From: Chloroflexota bacterium
GTDB lineage: Bacteria; Chloroflexota; Anaerolineae; Anaerolineales; RBG-16-64-43
Reading direction: 5' to 3'
Assembly: GCA_026389925.1 (NCBI GenBank)
Contig: JAPLGX010000184.1
Span: forward strand, 1 to 43,721
DNA: 43,721 bases
Shown: in pieces, positions 1 to 9,675 of the stretch
How the letters are laid out: the number at the start of each line of letters is the position of its first letter
How positions within the stretch are numbered: the stretch's first letter is position 1
The notes under the pieces: generated by a model
Seen by the model: the letters and a program-made list of their open reading frames with translations, nothing else
What the model was told of the DNA's origin: nothing
The model's database searches: none
Program-made: the position numbers and the translations under genes

Positions 1-334
1 CGGTGGGTGCAAGAGACGACCCTGCGCGACGCAAGAAGCCTCTCCTCCGCGCCTTCAAAGACTCGTGTCGCGGGCGGTGCCACCGGACTTGCATCCGAGC
101 ATGGCGCAGCCGACGCCCTAGCCGTGGGGGTGGGTGGCGTTGGGCCGCAGGGAAAGTGCGCCTCGGGGTTGCCGGTGGCGAGATGTGGCGCTGTCGCATG
201 TCGGCAACAGTGCGGCCGAGGGTGGCGCCTCGCCGACGACTCAAGCCCAGGGCGCACCGGCTTCGATGGTCACAGAGCCGGCAGGGGCCGTTTGGCCAAA
301 GGCGCGCCAACGCGGCCTGTGGCCGACTCGCGGC

Positions 335-2194
<1,860 letters not shown>

Positions 2195-2383
2195 GTTCTT
2201 TTCATTCGCCGTCGGCGCCGGTGCGGAACCCTCCTGACCGGCGTGTGGCTCACAGCAGCGACCCCGGACTGGTGCGGCCGGGGTCGCTGCGCAGAGGAGT
2301 AATCTTATCAGACCTTGCGGGGAGATGGAAGGGGGCGTATTCACTCAGCTATTATGTTACCCAGGGGGCCTGGTTCTCTCAAT

Positions 2384-2397
2384 TGATAATGTTACCG
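2384..2397. repeat. Left terminal inverted repeat of the IS remnant
   Basis: TGATAATGTTACCG. A near copy, ATTATGTTACCC, sits 35 bp further out at 2351-2362. Confidence 0.55.
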
Positions 2398-2405
2398 AGG
2401 GAACC

Positions 2406-3677
2406 ATGGCTGCCAACGACCCCATGACCATTGACGAGCGGCGAAAGTACTTGTTCGGGACGCAGAAGCGCTACCGGGACGCCACCCGCCCGGATAGGGC
2501 CGGCTTGCTGGACGAGATGGCCAAGGTCACACATCTCCACCGCAAGAGCCTGATCCGCCTGATGCGGGGGGACGTGGGACGCAAGCGGCGCCGAAAACAG
2601 CGCGGTCGGAGCTACCCCCGGGAGGTGGATCTGGCGCTCAAAGTCATCGCCGAGAGCCTCGACCACCTGTGCGCCGAGCGCTTGCAGCCCAACCTGGTGT
2701 GGATGGCCTCCCACTTGGCCCGCCACGGTGAGCTGGAGGTCTCGCCCACGACCCTGGCCCAACTGGGCACGATCAGTATCTCCAGCGTGCGACGCAGCTT
2801 GCAGCGTCTCGCGCGGGACGAACCGCGCCTGCCGCGCCCCCGCCCGCACCCGGTCAACCTGGCCACCCGGGGTATTCCCGCCGGCCGCATCCCCTGGCAG
2901 GAGCAGCCCGCCCTGGGTGCACGGGCCAGGGGAGCCTGGGCATTTCGAAACCGACCTGGTCCACCACTGCAGCCTGTCGACCTCCTGCCAGTACGTCCAT
3001 ACCCTGCAGATGATCGATGTGGCCACCGGCTGGAGCCTGCTCCGCGGCCCCTGGCGGAGCGAAAGAGTAGCTGTTTTGGGCCGCAGTTATCTGGTCATGC
3101 AGGACGGCTTTCTCCGCATATTGGCTCGCCTGCCTTTCCCCGTCCTGGAAATCCACCCCGACAACGGTGGGGAATTCCTCAACAACCACCTGCTCGCCTT
3201 CTGGAAGCGCCAATCGCCGTCTCCCCTTCTCTCACGCAGCCGCCCCTGGCAGAAGGACACGGTCGACCAGACCTGGGTGCTCAACCAGCTCTACGACCGG
3301 ATGTGGTGGTTTCCTGGCCTCCCGAGGGACATCGGGACGATGTGCGGCCTGGGCGGGCTTCAACTCCTTCCAACCAGTCATGCGTCTGGCCGAGAAGACT
3401 GTTCTTCCAGCTGAGCGCGGACCAGGCAAGATCCACCGCCGATTTGACCGCGCGCGAACCCCCTTCGATCGCCTGTGCGCCAGCGGCATCCTTCCCGAGC
3501 AGCGCAAGCGCCAGCTCCTCGTCCAGGGCGACGCAATCAACCCCCGCCAGCTGCGGGAAGAGATCTACGCGCTTCTGGCCCAGTTGATAGTCCTTCCCTG
3601 CGCTTCAGCAGTCCTCACCCAGGACGTCTACCAGACCCTCTTCCAGCCTGCCCAATCCAAGAAAGGACAGCCCGTCC
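2406..3677 (+). pseudogene. DDE (rve-type integrase core) transposase, at least two frameshifts plus an internal loss
   Basis: Frame of 2325..3587 carries the N-terminal HTH-like part, MTIDERRKYLFGTQKRYRDATRPDRAGLLDEMAKVTHLHRKSLIRLM. Frame of 2728..3414 carries the catalytic core, HFETDLVHHC..YVHTLQMIDVATGWS..LEIHPDNGGEFLN..LSRSRPWQKD. Frame of 3167..3925 carries the C-terminal part, FNSFQPVMRLAEKTV..RRFDRARTPFDRLCASGIL..AINPRQLREEIYALL. The segment that normally carries the third acidic residue after SRSRP appears to be missing. Confidence 0.7.
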
Positions 3678-3691
3678 CGGTAACATTATCA
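3678..3691. repeat. Right terminal inverted repeat of the IS remnant
   Basis: CGGTAACATTATCA is the exact reverse complement of 2384-2397. Confidence 0.55.
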
Positions 3692-3763
3692 GTCGACTTG
3701 ACACGGGGGGGACGGGGGGCGGGGGGCTCAACCCTGATCACGACGCATGCCGCAGGGACCGGT

Positions 3764-3956
3764 CTAGCCATCTGCCTCCGCATTCCGGCGTACCACAACC
3801 AGCGTCCGGTCGTCGGAGGCCGTCGCGCCTCCCGAGAATTCCTCAATCGCCCGGCTGATGACCTGCGCCTCAGGCCTCCTCGGCCGGAATGGCATACCGC
3901 GGGTCGGGCCGCATGCGCAGGATAAGAGAACGGAGGCGATCGTCGAAGGTGGGCAT
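3764..3956 (-). pseudogene. C-terminal remnant of a PP2C/SpoIIE-family phosphatase (tentative)
   Basis: The end of track ORF 3764..4282 reads EAQVISRAIEEFSGGATASDDRTLVVVRRNAEADG*, the typical ..F....DD.TLVV.R tail of SpoIIE/RsbU phosphatases. Upstream, MPTFDDRLRSLILRMRPDPRYAIPAEEA (ATG 3956) lies in another frame and ends at a TGA. No catalytic domain precedes it. Confidence 0.35.
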
Positions 3957-4013
3957 GGTGTGAAGGAGAGGGGCGCTCGAGTGGGATGATTATAATGACC
4001 AAACGAGGTGGGC

Positions 4014-5474
4014 ATGGTTTTCCGACGAGGCATTCGCTTCCATCGTGAGCGCGGCGTTCCGCCGCTCGTGCTGGGCCTGATCGGATTTTCGGTCGGCTTC
4101 GCCGCGATCTCGCTGCTGCTCGCGCCACGCGTTGTGGCGGTTCGTCCGAGGGCTGACGAGGCGGCAAGCGCCTTCGCCCCAATCACGATTCGCTTTTCGG
4201 TCCCCATGGACGAAGACAGCGTGGCGGCACACCTGGGGGTGTCGCCGGAGGTGAGCGCCTCGGCGCGCTGGGAGGGAACCACGCTTCAACTTCTGCCCGC
4301 CGCCCCGTGGCCGACGGGCAGCAACGTGCGCATCTCGCTCGCCCTCGGCGCGCGCTCGCGTAATGGCTTGCCCCTCCTGCGGTCGTACCAGTGGCGTTTC
4401 TCACCCGCGGGTCTGCGCGTGCTGTATCTCCAGCGCACGCCCGAGACCTATGAGATCGTCGTCCAACCCCTGGAAGGTGAAGCGGGCCGCGCCCTGGTCG
4501 AGAGCACACTGCCGATCCTCGAGTACGACGTCAGCCCAAGCGGCACCTTCCTCATCTACACCGTCGGAGCCTCCGATAAGGAATCCGACTTGTGGTACCT
4601 GGCGCTAGATGGCTCCGCACCCTACAAGCTGCTCGATTGTGAGGGGGAACAGTGCCGCAACCCCGCCATCGCCGCCGACGGTCGCCAACTGGCCTACGAC
4701 CGGGCGCTGCTCGCGCCGAGCGTGGGCGGCATCGTCAGCGCACAGCGTCCGCGGGTATGGATCCTCGATCTCGAGGATGGGCGGGCGCGTCCTGTGGGCG
4801 ATGCGACGCATGCCACACGCGGCCCGGTGTGGGGCCCGCAAGGCTGGCTGGCCTACTATGATGGGGACCTACAGACCACCGTCGTCGACGATTTGCGCGG
4901 CGGCAAGACCTACGTGCCGAACGCCTCGGGCGAAGTCGGCGTGTGGACGCCGGACGGGGCGCATCTGATCTTCCCGGAGATCCGCATCGTCGACGAGCAT
5001 TTGGCAGCGACGCCCACCATCGAGGTCATGCCCTCAGCCTTTGCCACGCCCGCCCTTGGCGCGCACAGCGACGCGATTGAACAGTTCTACAGTCACTTGA
5101 TCTATGTCACCCTGGCAACGAATGAGAGCACCGATCTCTCGAGTTCGCCGCTCGTTGAAGATGCCAACGTTGCCATTTCGCCGGAGGGCGACCGCCTGGC
5201 GTTTGGCCGCAAGTATCTCGACGCTGAACATTGGTCACCCGGGCGCCAGTTGTGGGTGATGGATCGCGACGGGACTCAGGCGCGGCAGCTCACTTTTGCC
5301 CCGGTCTTCAACGTTTCCTCGATTCGTTGGAGCCCAGACGGCTCACTCGTGCTTTTCATGCGCTTCGACCAGACGCATGTCTCGCTGCCACCGGAGGTGT
5401 GGGTGACGACGGCCGCCGGCGAGAATCCGCGCCAGCTTGCGGTGGGGGCCTACCTGCCTCGATGGTTGCCTTAG
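4014..5474 (+). CDS. Membrane-anchored protein with an N-terminal Ig-like (SbsA/Big_5-like) domain and a TolB-like PD40 beta-propeller
   Basis: Has a TM segment LVLGLIGFSVGFAAISLLLA. PITIRFSVPMDEDSV..WEGTTLQLLP is the Ig-like pattern. SPSG/AADG/TPDG/SPEG/SPDG repeats with W/Y spacing are PD40-like. GAGG at 4004-4007 precedes ATG 4014; GTG 4008 is an alternative start. Stop is TAG. Confidence 0.6.
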   Translation: MVFRRGIRFHRERGVPPLVLGLIGFSVGFAAISLLLAPRVVAVRPRADEAASAFAPITIRFSVPMDEDSVAAHLGVSPEVSASARWEGTTLQLLPAAPWPTGSNVRISLALGARSRNGLPLLRSYQWRFSPAGLRVLYLQRTPETYEIVVQPLEGEAGRALVESTLPILEYDVSPSGTFLIYTVGASDKESDLWYLALDGSAPYKLLDCEGEQCRNPAIAADGRQLAYDRALLAPSVGGIVSAQRPRVWILDLEDGRARPVGDATHATRGPVWGPQGWLAYYDGDLQTTVVDDLRGGKTYVPNASGEVGVWTPDGAHLIFPEIRIVDEHLAATPTIEVMPSAFATPALGAHSDAIEQFYSHLIYVTLATNESTDLSSSPLVEDANVAISPEGDRLAFGRKYLDAEHWSPGRQLWVMDRDGTQARQLTFAPVFNVSSIRWSPDGSLVLFMRFDQTHVSLPPEVWVTTAAGENPRQLAVGAYLPRWLP

Positions 5475-5968
5475 GGGAGATCCTTCCCGCTTCGTGGCTC
5501 GATGATATTCACGGGGCGCCGCACGCGTTGGCCGCGCCCGATGGCCGCGTGCGGGTCGTTGTGTTGTGGTCCGCGAATTGCCCGGTGGTGAAGCTGACCG
5601 AGGCGCGCCTGGCGGTGTTGCGGCGAACCTGGCCTGCCGACATGAGCGTGCTCTTCGTCGCCAGCAATGCCGACGAACCGCTTGACCTCTTGAGGCGCGA
5701 GGCGGAGGCGCGAGGCGTGTGCCCGCTACTGGTGGATCCCGGGGGGCGCATGGCCGATTTGTTGGGCGGCACCACCACGCCCCAGGCGTTCGTCGTGGAT
5801 GGCGAAAGTCGATTGCGCTACCGCGGCGCCGTGGACGACAGCACGATAAGGCACCGCGAGCCCACACGACAGTATGTCGCCGAAGCCGTGGAGGCAGTGC
5901 TCGCCGGGCGCTCGCCCGATCCGGCCGAGACGCCGACGTATGGGTGCGCGATTGTGAGAGCCGGATAG
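5462..5968 (+). CDS. Thioredoxin-fold (redoxin/AhpC-TSA-like) family protein
   Basis: VVVLWSANCPVVK..TTPQAFVVD..RLRYRGAVDD..YGCAI matches the thioredoxin-like family with a single N-terminal Cys motif. ATG 5462 overlaps the upstream stop (5472-5474) by 13 nt, which suggests coupling. The N-terminal 77 aa of track ORF 5231..5968 overlap the previous gene and look non-coding. Confidence 0.55.
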   Translation: MVALGEILPASWLDDIHGAPHALAAPDGRVRVVVLWSANCPVVKLTEARLAVLRRTWPADMSVLFVASNADEPLDLLRREAEARGVCPLLVDPGGRMADLLGGTTTPQAFVVDGESRLRYRGAVDDSTIRHREPTRQYVAEAVEAVLAGRSPDPAETPTYGCAIVRAG

Positions 5969-6156
5969 ATCCACGCCGCGAGTCCTACCAAGCGATAGCG
6001 AGCGCGGCGTGGTGCTGCGCCTGCGTCAGTGTGCCGCCTGGCAGTCGCCAAGCGAATGCCAAAGTGGCATGGACCCCAGCCACAGAGCGTCGTGCCTCCC
6101 ACTCGGAGCCAGTCGCCAGACCAGGCGGCGCTGTCCATGGGTACCTTTTGGACGAC

Positions 6157-6906
6157 TCATGCCCGAGGCATCCCTTGCAGTTTCTCATAGGCGCTTATCA
6201 CCATGCGCAACACGATGCGCACGCGCGCCGGTTCGGCACCGGCTTGGCTGAGCCGGGCCGCTCTTTCGATAACCGCGTGCGGCAAGACAGCGCACCCCTC
6301 CCAACGCTCAGCGACGTAGGCTTGCATTTCCTCCAGCGAATCCCACACGTAGGCAAGAGAAAAGACGGCGCGCTGGCTCCGGCGCAACAGGCCGCGGCGC
6401 TCTATCACGCGTAGCGCCCGATCGGCCGCACGGTCGTCCGCTAGGCTCGGCGAGTCGTCAACCCTGCCCGCACGCTGCACCCTCACCGGCGTCACGACCT
6501 CGAGCGGCCAGCGCGCTGCAATTGGACGCACGTCCACCAGGACGCCTTTTGGCGCGAGGGCCCTCCAGATCCGCTCCAGGGCATGCACCATGCCCTCGTG
6601 GCGGATTCATCACAGCGACCAGGACAGGATCGCCAGGTCGAATGCGCCTTTGCGCAGCGGCAGGTGCTCGGCATCTGCCGCAACGAAGTCCACCCGCCCC
6701 CGCAATGGAGCAGGGCGATCACCCAGTGCCGTTACCAGGCGCGACCGGTCTGGGTCGATGCCCGTTGTGTGCTCCGCAAGGTGTGCGTAGCGCCAGGTGA
6801 GGCGGCCGTCGCCGCACCCCACCTCCAGCACGCGCGCGCCATGCGGTCGCGCAATGCGCTCCAAGATGGCCGTTTCGATTCCTTGCGCGTCTCGGGTGAG
6901 GGACAT
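6157..6906 (-). pseudogene. Class I SAM-dependent methyltransferase interrupted by two adjacent in-frame TGA codons
   Basis: Track ORFs 6610..6996 and 6157..6591 share one frame (6996-6591=405=3x135). Motif I is VLEVGCGDGRLT and the post-I motif is FDLAILSWSL. Then come TGA TGA (6610-6612 and 6607-6609), followed by IRHEG-MVHALERIWRALAPKGVLV (motif III region). Start is ATG 6906, preceded by GGAGG. Confidence 0.7.
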
Positions 6907-7004
6907 GTTCGCCTTGCCTCCTTCAATGGGAGGGAGGATGGCCAGGGGAAGCGGCCTGGGTGACTTCGCGCCGCGAAGGCACCCCGACTTTATCACATGT
7001 CTCG

Positions 7005-7323
7005 CTAATGTCCGCTGTCTGCCGTCGCCCTTCCGTAGAAGTTGTCAGGCGCCTCCGGCCCTTCAACCAGCAGGAAGCCGAGCAGCCCTCGCTCCATGCG
7101 CGAGAGGGCATGATCCACCAGCAGGAACCTGCCCGGCATGCACTTTGAATTCCACCCTGGTCGCCCAGCCGGGCGGCACGAGCGTGGTCCGAACGTCGGT
7201 GAGCGGCTGGGCGGTGAGCGAAGCCTGGTTGCACAGGCGATCGAAGGTTTCGCCGATCACGTGGAACGACGACACTCTGTTCGGCCCACCCATGCCGAAG
7301 AAGATGCGAATGGTTTCACCCAC
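7005..7323 (-). pseudogene. nirK: C-terminal fragment of a copper-containing nitrite reductase (NirK-like cupredoxin domain), frameshifted
   Basis: GETIRIFFGMGGPNRVSSFHVIGETFD..TTLVPPGWATRVEFKV is in the frame of 7063..7323. It continues in another frame as MPGRFLLVDHALSRMERGLLGFLLVEGPEAPDNFYG..* (stop TAG 7005-7007). The N-terminal two thirds are absent because the etf stop codon abuts at 7393. Confidence 0.55.
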
Positions 7324-7392
7324 GCTTGGCGCGCTGCCGCGCGCCGAGATTCCTCGAGGTCTGTGCCCTCCTCGCCATAACCCGCGACCGCA

Positions 7393-9240
7393 TCAGGCGG
7401 CCATGCCCGCTTCACGCCGGGATCGCACCAGGCGAGCCGTGAGAAGAGGAACCACCTCGCTCCAATCGCCAACGATCCCGTAGTCGCAATCCGCGAAGAT
7501 AGGCGCCTGCGGGTCGGAGTTCACCGCCAGGATCAACCCGGCACGCCGCAACCCAAAGAGGTGGTACGGCTTGCCGCTGATGCCCACCGCGACATACAGC
7601 TTAGGTCCGTAGGCATGACCGGTCAACCCGATCTGGGTCTGGCGAGGCAACCAGCCTTCGTCCACCACCTTGCGCGTGGCGCCCAACCCGGCCCCCAGCA
7701 CGTGCGCCAATTCGTCCAGGGGCGGGAGATTCTGCGGCCCGCCGATGCCCATCCCCACGCCGACAATGACCTGGCTGCGTTCCAGGTCGAGGACCGTGTG
7801 CTCGCTCGGCTGGTGATCGCGCACACGTGTGCGCTTGGCCGGCAGATGGCCGACCTCCAGGTGGATGATCTTGACCATGCGCGAGCCATCCGGCGGCCAG
7901 GCTTCCACGGCGCCCGGGCGAAGCGTGACCATGACCGGCAGAGTTCGAGAAAGAATCGGCGCGATCAGGCTGCCGGCAAAGGCCGGCTTGAGCTGCACGA
8001 TGCGCGATTGATCGTCGACCTCCAGGCCCAGGCAATCGCCGGTCAGGCCGATCTCCAGCCGCGCCGCAACGCGCGGGGCGAGATCTCGGCCGCTCGAGGT
8101 CGAAGCCAGCAACACCAGGTACGGTCGGTGCGCGCGAATGGCGGCGGCCAGGACGTGCGTATATTGCTCGAGCGAGAACTCACCCAGCGGCTCGGCATCC
8201 GCTACGTAAACAGTCTCAGCGCCGTGACGCGCGGCAAGCGAAGCCAGCGGGGCCACCTCGTGCCCGATGAGCACGCAGGCCACCGGCCCGCCCAGGCGGG
8301 CTGCGACGCGACGCGCTTCGGCCAGCATCTCAAACGTGACCGGACGCAGCGTGCCCTGGTGCATCTCGGCGATGACCCACACCGCGCGATCGGCCGAGCG
8401 GGCAGCATGTGCCATCGGCGGCGCCTCGCTGGCCGTGGCTCGCCATCGCCCAAACAGTCCCTCGGCCAGGAGGTCGTGCACCGTTGCATCCACTACCCCT
8501 TCCGCGCCCTCGTGCGCCGAGCGGATCACTCGCTTGCGGCGGGAGACGACTTCGCGGACCGCGCTGACCCACGTCGCTGAGCCCGAATCGCCAAGCAGCA
8601 CCGGGTCGAGATCGAGCTGGCGCGCCCCCCACATCTCCACCGGCCGGCTGCGAGCGGCGGCCAGCATCTCAGGCGTCACCTTGATCGGCTTGATCAACCG
8701 CTCGCTGGCGGTGAGCACCGCTGGCAGCCTGGCCTCGACGACCTCCAGGCCGTCATCCACCTCACGCGTCACGCTCACCCGGTCGAGCTTGGCGTTGGCT
8801 TCAAGGCGCGTCACGCCCGAAACCTGGGGCAGGTCCAGGATTTCCGCGACCATCCCCGGCACTTGGGCTGTCTCCCCGTCGGTGGTGTACTTGCCGCACA
8901 AGATCAGGTCGAACCCGATGTGGCGACAGGCCTCCGCTAAGGCGCGAGCGGTGGCCAGAGTGTCCGATCCGGCGAACTCTTTTCCCTGCAAGTGAACCGC
9001 GCGATCGGCGCCCGAAGCCAGGGCTTCGTACAGCGCCTCGCGCGCCTGTTCGGGGCCCATCGTGAGCACGATGACTTCGCCGCCGTGCTGCTCGCGCAAC
9101 GCAATGGCCTGCGCCAGCGCGCGACGATCGAATGGGTTGATCTCGTTCGGCACGCCCGCGCGCACGAGGCGCAGCCCTTGGTTGTCGAATTGCAGGCGGT
9201 CGGCCGTAGGCACCTGTTTGATGCAGACGACGATGCGCAT
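7393..9240 (-). CDS. Fused electron-transfer flavoprotein, EtfB domain followed by EtfA domain in one 615-aa polypeptide
   Basis: The N-terminus MRIVVCIKQVP..NPFDRRALAQAI..VLTMGP..SDTLATARAL is EtfB-like. The C-terminal half, VWVIAE..LVLLASTSSGRDLAPRVAARL..KLYVAVGISGKPYHLFGLRRAGLILAVNSDPQAPIF, is the EtfA FAD-binding signature. GAGGA lies 6 nt before ATG 9240. Confidence 0.85.
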   Translation of the reverse strand: MRIVVCIKQVPTADRLQFDNQGLRLVRAGVPNEINPFDRRALAQAIALREQHGGEVIVLTMGPEQAREALYEALASGADRAVHLQGKEFAGSDTLATARALAEACRHIGFDLILCGKYTTDGETAQVPGMVAEILDLPQVSGVTRLEANAKLDRVSVTREVDDGLEVVEARLPAVLTASERLIKPIKVTPEMLAAARSRPVEMWGARQLDLDPVLLGDSGSATWVSAVREVVSRRKRVIRSAHEGAEGVVDATVHDLLAEGLFGRWRATASEAPPMAHAARSADRAVWVIAEMHQGTLRPVTFEMLAEARRVAARLGGPVACVLIGHEVAPLASLAARHGAETVYVADAEPLGEFSLEQYTHVLAAAIRAHRPYLVLLASTSSGRDLAPRVAARLEIGLTGDCLGLEVDDQSRIVQLKPAFAGSLIAPILSRTLPVMVTLRPGAVEAWPPDGSRMVKIIHLEVGHLPAKRTRVRDHQPSEHTVLDLERSQVIVGVGMGIGGPQNLPPLDELAHVLGAGLGATRKVVDEGWLPRQTQIGLTGHAYGPKLYVAVGISGKPYHLFGLRRAGLILAVNSDPQAPIFADCDYGIVGDWSEVVPLLTARLVRSRREAGMAA

Positions 9241-9265
9241 TTTGTGTCCTCAGTGTTTTCCCCAG

Positions 9266-9298
9266 GGACATTTGGCGTCAATGTCCATCTGTATTATA
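9266..9298 (-). promoter_or_regulatory. Candidate -10 box and operator-like palindrome upstream of etfBA
   Basis: On the minus strand, TATAAT occupies 9298-9293. It is followed by the inverted repeat GGACAT-N9-ATGTCC (9266-9271 / 9281-9286), about 25-50 nt upstream of the start codon. I found no convincing -35. Confidence 0.25.
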
Positions 9299-9675
9299 CG
9301 AAATTCCTCCCCTTTCCGGATGAATCCAAGGGAAGAGTCTTTCGATTGCCTCTTTCACGCGCACGTACTGCAACTCCACGCAACACTGGACAATGGATCC
9401 CATGCCCGGCGCCTGCTCGGGCCGTCTGGGGATTTGCTCCGGCGCCATTCTGGCGCCCTCGCGAAAAACCCTCGCGGCCTTGTCAGCGCGCGTGGCTTCT
9501 GGCCCTGGCTGCACCGATCGCTGGGGCATCCCCACTCGCCTCCACAACCCCACCGGCCCACACTTACCGAGTACCTGATTGCCACGAGAACGCGCTCAGG
9601 CTAAACTCGTTTCTTCCTGTGCTCCGCACGTGTTAAGCCTTGCGTGGGGACTATCCGTTGCCGAGGAGCCGCCTG

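Larger units (their letters stand above)
2384..3691 (+). mobile_element. Degraded insertion sequence (rve/DDE transposase type) bounded by 14-bp inverted repeats
   Basis: TGATAATGTTACCG at 2384-2397 is the exact reverse complement of CGGTAACATTATCA at 3678-3691. The transposase ATG (2406) lies 9 nt inside the left repeat. Transposase-like sequence fills the interval in three different frames. Confidence 0.6.

Noticed and set aside
1-334. A possible gene or structured RNA downstream of typA at the window edge.
   Set aside because: I found no convincing coding frame or known RNA motif (tRNA T-loop, RNase P, tmRNA or SRP boxes). The region is too short and truncated by the window edge to call.
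2349-2400. ATTATGTTACC / ATAATGTTACC motifs as a dif (XerCD) site.
   Set aside because: Only the TTATGTTA half resembles a XerD arm, and no matching 11-bp partner arm lies across a 6-bp spacer. The exact reverse complement 1.3 kb away bracketing a transposase fits IS termini much better.
6607-6612. UGA reassignment (Trp, Gly or Sec) as the explanation for the tandem in-frame TGA-TGA.
   Set aside because: TGA terminates many confident genes here: typA, etfBA, the GPH symporter, the BNR lipoprotein, the HD protein, ftsY, smc, DUF971, GT39 and EF-G2. An RF2 gene with a UGA-based autoregulatory frameshift site is present. I saw no SECIS-like stem downstream, and tandem Sec is implausible.
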